NCBI RefSeq assembly: GCF_964188315.1
Contig: NC_135667.1
Location: 26,722,001 to 26,786,000 of the forward strand
Direction: 5' to 3'
Origin: Podarcis muralis
Lineage: Eukaryota
Length of the DNA stretch: 64,000 bases
Position 1 is the first letter of the stretch, and each line of letters opens with the position of its first letter. Below the pieces are notes generated by a model. That model was not told where the DNA came from. It made no database searches and was given only the letters and a program-made list of their open reading frames with translations. The position numbers were made by a program, and so were the translations under genes. This document shows, one piece after another, positions 36,594 through 47,602 of this stretch.

Positions 36594-37240
36594 TATCCCA
36601 CACCTCTTTATACCATTCTTCCATTTTATATTCAGTTTGCTCCTTCCTCTTTCTGGCTATAATAATTCATGCAGCTGTCAATAAATTTGTGAGCAAGTCT
36701 TTCATAGCCTGTGAACCTTCCGCCCCATCGTGAATTGATAATAATGCTACCTCTGGACTTTTGGTCAACTTTAGCACAGTGATTTCTGTAATCTCCTTAA
36801 ACACCCTTTGCAAAATAATAAATAAATCCATTATTCCGTACTAGTTAGGGGTGTGGACTTTAAGGTAACTCCCAACTCTACAATTCTGAGATTCACTGTT
36901 GCGTTTGATTTCTTTATTGGGGAACATACAAAGCAATATCCCATTCATATAATATGTATGGGATTCCCCAATCTTATTCTCAGGATTCCATTCCTGTCAC
37001 TATTGGGAAGAGAAATGGCATGGGTTTCAAATCCAAAATGCTGCGATCATGATTGGGTTGGTGGAGGAAACATGAGAAAGGAGCAGGTAGGACAAGGTCT
37101 AGCAACCTTCTTTCCAGCTGCTTCTCCACCACAAATCTTCCCTTCCCAAAGCTTTTGTGGAGGAGCAGATATCTCTTAAAATACAAATACAAATGTGGCA
37201 ACGTTAGTTTGCTAAAAAAAAATATATTATTGTGTTTTAG

Positions 37241-38212
37241 AATGATGTTGACAGTCATCACCAGCAAACAGCAGTGGGAGGAAATCAATCAAGTCCTTCA
37301 GCATTCATCCTTCTGGGATTTGGCAATCTACTTGAACTGCGAATTCTCCTGTTCATATTGTTGCTTGCAGTCTATGCTCTATCTCTAGTCACGAACTTCC
37401 TGATTGTTTTTCTGGTTGTGGTTGACCAGCATCTTCAAACCCCCATGTATTTCTTCATCATGAACCTGTCCTTCTTGGAGACTTGCTACATTTCAACCAT
37501 TCTCCCCAGGATGCTGGCCAGTTTTCTTACTGGGGATAGGTCCATATCCATTACAGGATGTATCACACAATACTATCTCTTTGGTTTCCTGGCAGCCACA
37601 GAATGCTACCTTCTGGCAATGATGTCCTATGATCGGTATTTGTCAGTATGCAAACCTCTGCGCTACACATCCATTATGAATGGTAGACTCTGCATCCGAC
37701 TGGTGATCACTTCTTGGATGTGTGGCCTGTTGACCAACACTATCATCACTTTACTTATGCTAAAGCTCACATTCTGTGGGCCCAATGAAATTGATCATTT
37801 CTTTTGTGATGTATATCCAGTGGCAAACCTCTCCTGTAACAATACTCAGCTCGTAAAACTTGCAACATTTATTTTAGGAGTGATAGGAACAGGTCCCCCT
37901 TTCCTACTAACTTTGGCATCTTATGCCTTTATTATTTTCACTGTCTTACAAATTAAGTGTAAAGCTGCCCAGTGGAAGACCTTCACCACTTGCTCTTCTC
38001 ATCTAATTGTGGTGACACTTTTCTATGGATCATTATTCCTTGTCTATATAGTCCCTGAAACAGAAACCCTGAAAAGACTACGCAAAACCCTCTCTCTGTT
38101 CTATACCATCCTGACTCCCTTGCTCAACCCCCTCATATACGGTTTGAGAAACAGAGAGATGAAGGAAGCTCTGCTTAAATCTGTCAGAAAATTCAGCAAT
38201 AGAGTTTCATAG
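37241..38212 (+). CDS. Olfactory receptor, subfamily A, coding exon 2 (predicted 342 aa with exon 1)
   Basis: Intact OR frame. The ORF-track start 37274 is GTG. The acceptor tgtgttttag|AAT at 37239-37240 is itself an in-frame TAG, so an ATG must come in by splicing. Confidence 0.92.
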   Translation, partial: NDVDSHHQQTAVGGNQSSPSAFILLGFGNLLELRILLFILLLAVYALSLVTNFLIVFLVVVDQHLQTPMYFFIMNLSFLETCYISTILPRMLASFLTGDRSISITGCITQYYLFGFLAATECYLLAMMSYDRYLSVCKPLRYTSIMNGRLCIRLVITSWMCGLLTNTIITLLMLKLTFCGPNEIDHFFCDVYPVANLSCNNTQLVKLATFILGVIGTGPPFLLTLASYAFIIFTVLQIKCKAAQWKTFTTCSSHLIVVTLFYGSLFLVYIVPETETLKRLRKTLSLFYTILTPLLNPLIYGLRNREMKEALLKSVRKFSNRVS

Positions 38213-39079
38213 CTCCAAAATGACTTGATAGGGACGTTGAAGGATACAGAAACGTGGGGGAAGTCCTGAGAAAGAATTTGGCATTATCAAGGATGTTTGA
38301 TGATGTCTGAAGGAACTATGTATGCCAAATTCATCATTAAGATTTCCTGATCCAAAACTTTCAGGTCTAATGTGTCAATTGCAGTTTAGCTGTTTACCAG
38401 TTTTTCCACTTCTTCAGTTGTTGTGGGATTATTCCAAGTAAATGGATCTGATGGATGTCTTCATGGATCTGGTGAAGCATACAGAAAGATTTTGTAATGG
38501 TGAAACACTTGTAGTTTCTTGTGAGATGAACACATATTTTTTACAAATTTAAACTCTGTATTGCACCATGATTGCTTTCGACAACAAATGACTGGGACAA
38601 ACAATGGGAATTAACCCATTGCACGGATTCGAAATGCCGACCTTATGATTGGCAGCTCAAGAGGCTCGATAGTTTAGACCACAGTGCCACCTGCGTCCCT
38701 GGGGAGAGGATGCAAGTGGACAGCAGAAGTAGATTCTGGAAACTCTTATGCTGGATCAGAGACGTATATTTCAAGGTTGGAAGGACAAACATCCACCATC
38801 TACTACACAGTGGTCTGAAGACCTCATTGTCCCTCTTATGATTGAGCACAAAGCTCCTAATTGTCAATCTTGTTTAGATACCTGGACTACATGGACTGTG
38901 TATGTTAATCTATATGTTTATATTAGGATTGGTGTAAAATGCTTATTGTCAATGTCAGATGCTGCTATCTTTATTTATTCCTACTAGTCATGTTGTTATA
39001 TTTGCAAATATATATTTTTTTAAAAAAAAACAAATCTGTTTCGTAATATCAAGACCAGGCTTTGGGAGAGTAACATGTA

Positions 39080-39470
39080 ATCAGTAAAATGACTTTCCCC
39101 TGGCATGAGTGAACCTGTAACTTTCCGCATCTGAGAACATTTTTCCAGTTCATTTGGCTGGAGTATCGTTGATATCCTATTATGTGAGCCTTACCATGCT
39201 AATAGTTTAAGATGTTTGGCATAGCTCCCAGAATTACTGATACATAGAGCCAAGCATAGGGGAAAAAATTGATCAGTGCCATCCCCCCAGTAACTGCAAG
39301 TATCCATCTACAGAAACATTTGTGCTTAATCATTTAACCATATTTGAATAAGTGCACCTGCTGATACTCTCCTAATAAATAGAAGCAAGACAAATTAGGA
39401 GCTTTTAGAAGAGCACACTGATATTCTGCTACTGTAAGGAAGCAAGACTCCACAACATCCACCTGAAGCA
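39080..39470 (+). promoter_or_regulatory. Conserved upstream block of subfamily A with O/E-like and homeodomain-like motifs
   Basis: tcccctggcatgagt (tccccaaggcatgagt in the minus-strand copies), cc(c/t)attatgtgag and ggcata.ctcccagaat are shared among paralogues. Confidence 0.45.
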
Positions 39471-39511
39471 AAGATGGTTTGGATAGAGAAGCAGCAAAAC
39501 AGAGACTTGTG

Positions 39512-39577
39512 ATGGAACCTGATGGAACAGTGATGGAACCTGAATCTAACACATCAGAAATTCCAATCATTTTTGAG
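39512..39577 (+). CDS. Coding exon 1 (MEPDGTV-MEPESNTSEIPIIFE) of the OR at 42110-43078
   Basis: In-frame ATGs at 39512 and 39533, GAG|gtaaat donor at 39578, phase 0. Confidence 0.77.
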
Positions 39578-39719
39578 GTAAATATTTATGCATTAGCTTT
39601 TCATCCGTATGTGCTGTATTTGGAACTGTGGGACTGTCTGATGGGAAGTGAAAGATGTGCTCCACAAATCTGTTTGTTCTCATTTTTGTTCAGATTGACA
39701 GTTACTTAATGTGCCTTCC

Positions 39720-39775
39720 CCTTCCTTCCTTCCTTCCTTCCTTCCTTCCTTCCTTCCTTCCTTCCTTCCTTCCTT
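39720..39775. repeat. (CCTT)n microsatellite
   Basis: Seen directly. Confidence 0.95.
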
Positions 39776-40199
39776 TCTCTCTTTATTATTGTACATAATA
39801 ATAGTGTTGCTCAGTCCTCAAGTTTATTAAGTTTATTAAGAAAGTCATAGAGTTGGCAAGCATATGAAATGAGATATGCTACTGAAACAATTAATTTTAA
39901 ACACTTTGGAATACTGGAGGCAACACTTTGAATTTCACAGAAAACAACTCCAGGACTAGGTGCTCAGAGTTAAAATAATGAAAATAATGTAAATGTTAAT
40001 ACTATAGTGATTGTATTAATAGAGATGACAGCAGTGGGACATGGGACTTCACTGTTTACCAGAGTTTCTTCTCCTTCCCCCATAGCTACATCACACCAGG
40101 CCCATTTTCTTTCATTCTCCAATTCCAGCCAAAAAAGAAAAGGTTGTCTATTGCCTGTTCAGCACTCACTCCAAGTGATTGACTAGAAGTCCTGTGGTA

Positions 40200-40470
40200 A
40201 ACATGTGGTAGAATGCTGCCTGTAAAAAAAAGGAGGGAAGATGTGATAGCTCTCTTCAAATTTTTAAAGGTATAACACAGAGACGAGGGAGCAGACTTGT
40301 TCTCCGTTGTTCCAAAATGTAGGACCAGAAAAAATTACAGGGAGGAAGATTTCAGCTAAACGTGAGAAGAAACTGTGAAATAAGAGCTGTTTCATAGTGG
40401 AACATATGTACCAACTTGAACATTTAGCTTTGTGGAATGTGCACTGTTGAAGGTGCTAAAGAACATGTGT
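40200..40470 (+). mobile_element. Old CR1 fragment
   Basis: Degenerate gatatgatagc..ttcaaata..gacttgttctc..gaagatttcagctaaac motifs. Confidence 0.55.
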
Positions 40471-40790
40471 TCCACACTTGTAAGAAATCAATAGTGAAAG
40501 AAATCTAGAGCAGCGGCTATACTTTGGAATGCCCAACCTACTGATATCTGACAGGTATCTGTGCTATACTCTTTTCAATGCCTGCCTAAAATTTCTTTGT
40601 TTAGCCAAGCCTCCTCAGATATGTAGCAAAAACAAATGTGTCTTCTTTTTTAGCTATTGATGATTTCAGTCATCTTTTCACTGTTTTTAAATACCTGCTT
40701 TGAGCTGTTTTGCAGACAATCTTAATGTTTTATTTCATGCTTTTGTAAACTGCTAAGAGGTATTCTTACAATCAAGCCGTATGCAAGGCA

Positions 40791-40791
40791 T

Positions 40792-40830
<39 letters not shown>

Positions 40831-40832
40831 TT
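40791..40832. repeat. (TTTA)n microsatellite
   Basis: Seen directly. Confidence 0.95.
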
Positions 40833-41424
40833 TGCAAATTTAAAAAAAAACAGACTGCCATGGGAAATCCTGGTCTAACCTCTATTATTTACGCACAGAC
40901 CGGGCACGCATCTGTCTTCAGTGCTGTGCTTGCATCCTGTGTAACAGTGTGTGTCCTAATACTGTGAATATCAGCACACAGCACACTGTGTCACCAGCAA
41001 AGTTTGATTACAGCATCCTGTAGGAAAGTCTGGTGTTCCACACAGAAAACATTCCCTTATTCTAAGGTAAACTTTTAATTCACGAAACAAGTGAGTCATT
41101 TCTCACTAAGGTCATGTCCTTTCAACTACCAACTGGGCTGGATAAATTAATGAAACTGTCCCTTTCATTTCATGCAATAAACCAACCTTTCTTCCTTCCT
41201 CTGGTGCATGAACATCTTGGGGCATACGGTTAAGCGTAGAAACACATATTCACAGCAAAAGCACATTTTAACTTTGACAGAAGATCCTAAACCTGTTTGG
41301 ATTGTATGTTGGAAAACATATGAGTGCTGGACACACACATGAGTTTGTAACATCTGCATTGCAGATCTTTTCCTGATTGAAGGGGAGGTGGTGGACTAGG
41401 TAAGCCGCAAAGCAATCTTTACAA

Positions 41425-41560
41425 CAGGCATGGCCAAATGTGGCCCTCCAGATGTTTTGGGACTACAATTCCCATCGTCCCTGACCACTGGTCCTGTTAG
41501 CTAGGGATGATGGGAGTTGTAGTCCCAAAACATCTGGAGGGCCAAGTTTGGCCATGCCTG
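41425..41560. mobile_element. Palindromic hAT-type MITE (136 bp)
   Basis: Near-perfect fold-back caggcatggccaaa..tttggccatgcctg; 8-bp TSD ctttacaa at 41417-41424 and 41561-41568. Confidence 0.88.
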
Positions 41561-42109
41561 CTTTACAATCTGGTGATTTTCCATTGTGCAAGTTTTCTGC
41601 TTCCAGGGAAAATATTTTGTATTACCTGGAAGCACCCAAAACAGTATCCCCCTCCCTCATACTTTTGAAGGAGGTACAATCCTGTCTCAGGATTGTACAG
41701 TCTTACTTTCTCATTACATCACTTTTCCTAGTGGGAAGTGCAGCAACATAGTTCTGGAATCCCACATTTGGGAATATTGCCTAGTTTCAAGGAGGAAACA
41801 GGGGAAAGCACACAGGTAGGAAATGGTTAAGCACGATCCTTCTCTCCAAATGCCTCACCTCTGCAAATCAGCCCTTCTCAATGGCCCTAACTCTAACCCT
41901 TTCTATGCGAGAAGTGCTTCAAAGGAAAAGAAGTAGGGTCGTGGCAGAGCTTTTAAAACACATGATACTCCATGACCATTATTTTGAAATAATACAGCAT
42001 GTGAAAACCATATTGGATACCTGGATCCTGCCAACTTTAGCTTTGAACATCAGTGGATGGTGAAACAGGAGTGTCCAAGCTCACTAAAACTTGTCAAATT
42101 GTATTTCAG

Positions 42110-43078
42110 AACGATGTTGAGATTCATCATCAAACAGAAATAAAGAAAAATATGTCAAGCCCTACAACATTCATCCTTCTAGGATTTGGTAATCTCCTTG
42201 AACTGCGAATCTTCTTCTTTGTATTCTTTTTTGCCATCTATGCTTTGTCGCTTGTTGGGAACCTCCTAATTTTTTTTCTGGTTGTGGTTGACCAGCATCT
42301 TCAAACCCCCATGTACTTCTTCATCATGAACCTGTCCTTCTTGGAGACTTGCTACATTTCCACCATCCTCCCCAGGATGCTGGTCAGTTTCCTTACTGGG
42401 GATAGGTCCATATCCATTATGGGATGCATCACACAATATTATTTCTTTGGTTTCTTGGCAGCTACAGAATGTTATCTTCTGGCCATGATGTCCTATGACC
42501 GGTATTTGGCAATATGCAGACCTCTGCACTACTCAACCATTATGAATGGTAGACTCTGCTTCCAGTTAGCAATCACTTCTTGGATGAGTGGTCTGTTAAC
42601 CAACACTATCATAACATCTCTCATGGTAGAGCTCACATTCTGTGGGCCCAATGAAATTGATGATTTCTTTTGTGATGTATATCCAGTGGCAAACCTTTCT
42701 TGTAGCAATACTCACATAGTAAGAACTGCAGTTTTTGTACTTGGGCTGATGGTGACATTACCCCCTTTTCTACTAACTTTGGCCTCCTATATCTGCATTA
42801 TTTCCACTGTCTTGCAAATTAAATCCAAGGTAGCGCAGCAAAAGGCCTTCTCCACCTGCTCTTCTCATCTGATTGTTGTGTCACTTTTCTATGGGTCAAT
42901 ATTCCTTGTCTATATAGTCCCTGAAACAGAAACACTGAAGAGACTACACAAAATGTTTTCTCTGTTCTACACCATCCTGACTCCCATGCTGAACCCCCTC
43001 ATATACAGCTTGAGAAACAGGGAGGTGAAGGAAGCTCTGTTCAGATCTGTCAGAAAATTCAGCAGCAGAGTTTTGTAG
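42110..43078 (+). CDS. Olfactory receptor, subfamily A, coding exon 2 (predicted 337-344 aa with exon 1)
   Basis: Intact OR frame. The ORF-track start 42053 is GTG. Acceptor gtatttcag|AAC at 42108-42109. The canonical Met position reads ATA (42140); another ATG at 42152. Confidence 0.93.
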   Translation, partial: NDVEIHHQTEIKKNMSSPTTFILLGFGNLLELRIFFFVFFFAIYALSLVGNLLIFFLVVVDQHLQTPMYFFIMNLSFLETCYISTILPRMLVSFLTGDRSISIMGCITQYYFFGFLAATECYLLAMMSYDRYLAICRPLHYSTIMNGRLCFQLAITSWMSGLLTNTIITSLMVELTFCGPNEIDDFFCDVYPVANLSCSNTHIVRTAVFVLGLMVTLPPFLLTLASYICIISTVLQIKSKVAQQKAFSTCSSHLIVVSLFYGSIFLVYIVPETETLKRLHKMFSLFYTILTPMLNPLIYSLRNREVKEALFRSVRKFSSRVL

Positions 43079-46000
43079 CTTCGCAATGTTGTGCTGGATC
43101 TGGTGAAGTATGCAGAAATACACATAGATGAAGTCCTGAGAAAGGATTTGCCATTAATAGGATGTGAGGATCTCACATTTGCAAATACCTCAGTAAAGCA
43201 GCCTGAGCCAAAACCCCTCACATTAATGTGCAGATTACAATTCTGTTCTTCAGCATATTTTTTGACTTCTGAAGTTGTTGTGGCACACTTTTCAGCAGGT
43301 GGATCTGATCGGTATTTTCATGGATCTGTTAATCCATAATCACAATTATTATGGATAATTGTAGTTGGTGAAGATATGAAATAAAGCATGATTTTTAAAA
43401 TTGTAAAATGTGTATTTGCCATGGCTATTGAAAGAACAACAACAATTACTTGCATTTAACTCCTGAATTTGCCTCCATTTCTATAATGCTAAAGGATAGA
43501 GGGTCTCTAGATATTGTTGGCCAAAATGGTCTCAGATGGTAAGGGTTTTAGCCCAACAATATCTAATGGGCCATTCATTCCCTACCACTGAACTAAACCA
43601 ATATGAAAAATTTTAATGGAATTTCAAATGCCAGCCTAAATGGCCATATCGCTGTGCCATTTCAATCTCTCGTTCAACTCTTATTCATCACCACTATGTG
43701 GTGATGTTCTGTGTCATCAAGATTTCAATCTTATGCCAATTTACTTCAGAGTAATCTCCACTGAATTCAATAGAAATTCCTTAAATAAAGTAATAAAATT
43801 AAAATTGTATCTGGCATGTCTGTGCTCATGTCTGTTCATGTGTGTGTGTATTTTAATCGACACATATTGGGACATTTCTATGGAAATGTTTGCTTTTCCA
43901 TAAAAGTAATGTTTGCTTTTTACAAGAAGACAGAGAGATTTGACATGCAGAGTTTGATTTTGCAGGATGTCCTCCAATATTTCCTGAGTATTCTCAGGTA
44001 GAAGCAAGAAATTTCACATGGTTCAAGGACATTCACTATATAGTATACACTGAACGGATGGGATTTAATCTGAAAGGGAGGATGAAAGCTGAATTGCAAT
44101 TGGTGCTAGCCAAGTTACTTGATTGTGTTGGTCTAGGTGGTCCTCCATCTGCACTTCACACCTTTCTCTGAAACTTGTCTCTTTGAAATATGTTGCTGTG
44201 TATTGAATGCTGCAATGGACATAGTGATCTAATCCTTCTCCCTTCTATTTAAGGCTGTTGCTTGTCCCAATTTATAGTCATCAGCACAGGAAATATTGCT
44301 GGGCTCCAGCTCACCTACAGAAAATTAATAGGTTTCCCAATTAATTAATTAAATTTGTATACCGCCCTATACCCATAGATCTCAGGGCAGTTCACAACAA
44401 CATTTCAACAAAAGTATGACTCTGAAAGGCAAAGATGGAATATCTAATGAGTGCAAGCTTGCTTGTCCTCTAATTGCAGGCAACATGTGCTGCAGTTCTG
44501 GGGCAGTCTACCCCCGCACACCTCTGCTTCTTTTAGAGCAATGTCAGGTTCCTGTCTTACCTAAACTATAAAGGGACCTCTTTGGAAGAAGGGGCTTGGG
44601 CCCCATGGAGACCCTTGTTCCAGCTGAAGATCTAAAGGTGACCTGAAATACCCTTTCTAGGGCTCCCGCCAATAACTCCTCCTACCCTATACTGCTTTGA
44701 TCTCCAGTTCTCTTTGTCAATTGGCCTCAGGAGCAAAGGGAGCAGCAGACCACATGGGAAGCCAAGTGTTTCAATAGAAGCCTCCATTTGCCTACCAAAT
44801 GCTTCTATTGCTCATGATCTACTAGGGTGGGAGGGTCTATTCAGTGGCAGGAGGGAAATCTAGCTGCAAGCAATGACTCGGCTTCAATAAATGAGAAAGT
44901 AAAGGAGGAGCTGTCAGTGACTATACGACTCTCTCCATATCCTCTGGACCATTGTTAATGCCCACATTTCAATCTCCACTCTGGAACTCACTGCCTTAGC
45001 TCCTGCCTCCACACCTAGTGCTTGACACAGGCACTCAACTTTAAAATACTTGGAAGTGGGCTATGAAACTTCAAGAACCTCCAAGTCTTAGCTGAAATGG
45101 CACGAGCCTAGGATACCTCCTCTCATACCAACTTGTTCACTCCCTGGGATCCTCTGGGGATCCACTTGTGCCACAAGGGTGGCTGAGGAATGGCTGGTTG
45201 AGATGTGAGAGAGGCCTTTCTCCATGATCATGCCAATCTCTACTTCAGGGTGTTCAGTGCCTGTCTCTGTTTTTCCAGATGTTTGCTTTTACAGTTGATT
45301 ATTTAATTTTTCTTAGGTTTTTTTTTCCTTCCTTAATGGAAGCTGGCTGCGCACGAAAAAGGCAGTGGTACAGAGGAATATTTTTTTAAATAAAGAATAC
45401 ATCAATGACAATCCATCATTCTTTATTATGATGATCATAGTTCAGCCACTAAGTTACAATCAAACAAATACAGTTTGCAATTTGCAGTTAACAAGACAGT
45501 AGCAGTCTATTAGGAATTAATAGAGAGAGATTAGACTACACCCCACTTTTATTAATCAGTTTGGCTCTGTTTTGTTTGTGGGGCAGTTACAAGGCAATGC
45601 ACATTCATCCTGATTTGCTTCCAAGGTATTTACACATCTTCCTGTTAATCATTCATTCCTCCCACACTTTTCAGTTTCTTTCCCCATCACTGCACAGTCT
45701 CTGGGTGTGTTTTATGTGGATTGCTTATGCTAGGGCATGGGCACTAGGACACTTTATTCCGCTTGAATTATGCAAGACTACATTTAGTTTTCTTGCAAAA
45801 TAGTGACAGTATGTGGGACAGGCTGCATGGCACAGACATAACTCTCCTTGGTGTCTTGATGCTGCTTGCTCACTACCCTTCTAGCTCTCTGCCAACCCAA
45901 ACAAATGCATTGGTGGTGTCACTATGCATCACATAAGGAGACTCATGAATGTTCATGCATGAGTGTATAGCCTGGGCTGTTTGCCTCACTGCCTGATCAC

Positions 46001-47602
46001 TTGGTCAGAGTGAGTTGCCTGCCTTAAGCAGCAAATGCTGCAGAAGAGAAAGCCATATCAAAGCACTAAATGAAAAGCTCTCCATGCTCCCAAATCTGAA
46101 TTGCCTTCAGGGGTAATGCCAGCATTGAAGGTTAAGATGCCAATCCAGTCTCTATTTGGAATGAAGGGACACCATATTGTCTTTTGCCTCAGGTAGCAAG
46201 ATATTTTGGACTGGCCCATGAATGTGTTGCCTTGTGCTTCACTTTAGGATATAGTAGGAATAAAATATATACATCATTTCCCACTATGGCCATTGCCTTT
46301 CAAGTACTCTTTTTGCAACTTCTTAATCATTTGCATGTTTAAGCATGTCTGCAACTAATGGGAGGGGAAATGATGCTAAGCTTGATGCAAAATGGTGGTC
46401 AAGCTGCCGGTACACTGGCAGAAAAAACCATTCAGAAAGAAGCTTTGCTACTGCCACTACAAAGGTGAGACCTGCTCTGGAGGAACATTTTCTTCTAACC
46501 CTGAAGAAACTTGATTATTTCCCAATAGCATGGGAAATTCTGAGGGGCCACTTGCAAAGAACTCTAAAAATTATGCAGTTCACCTGGCTGTGGTTTATGT
46601 TGAAACACCCACTGCATTCATTATGGCAGTAGGGTGGACCAGAGAATGAGAACAGGGAAGACAAATGTTTGTGTCATAGTTAAGCTGTATATAAACATTC
46701 TCAAAACTGGCTTGTAAGCGTAATTAAACTAGAAACAATAAAAACAATTATAAATCCATAATAAATCAAAAGCAAGATTAGAGTAGAAATCATAAAGGGC
46801 TTCCTTCACAGATTAAAAGTGTGATATTTTCTTTTTAAAATATTATGTATTTGCCTGGCAGTGGAAGGTAGAGTGAGCTAACACGAGGCAGAAGATTAAA
46901 CCGCTGAATGAAGCTCCAATGTCAGTGTGGGTGTTGGGATATACAAGCCCAGGCAGCCCCTCCTTTTGTTCATTTACACATATTACAGCAATCTACTCAG
47001 GGCTCTGAAGATAAGGTGGGATCCAGGTTTTGTTCCTTATTATGCAGATGACCTACATTCTTTTGGTTTTATACATAAAACCAAGACTTTGTTGCTCAGT
47101 CAAAAGCCATAACACAAGAGCTAGTAAGAAATAAGAAATGAAGGTACAGTCAGATAAACTAGCTGACTCACAACAAGCGATAACGCTAGCAACCCATATG
47201 AAATCAAAGGAACTGAATGGAGTAGTTTGGCTGCTATGTCTCACAACTTTTGATCAGCTTTTAAACATAAGGAACAGGATTGAGTCAGATGAATTCTTGC
47301 AATAAATAGTAATCTGCTAAGAACAGCTCTTGGGGTTTTGTGGGGGGATTGCTCAAGGGAGTCAGGACAGTGCAGAATACTTTACTAAGCTGTCTTTGGG
47401 TGTTGGGAAACATCTGGAGAATTATCACGGTGCCACAAAAAATACAAGCCGTAGCGGGATAAGAAGAGTAGTACAAAAAGGGGTTTAGAAGATGAGTATT
47501 TTTTTAGGATGGGGAAACTTTTCTTCTGTAAACAGCCTTCCTGTAAACACTCTATTACAAAGCCTCTCACATCTTACTCTCGTAAGCCATGACGAAGGAT
47601 CT

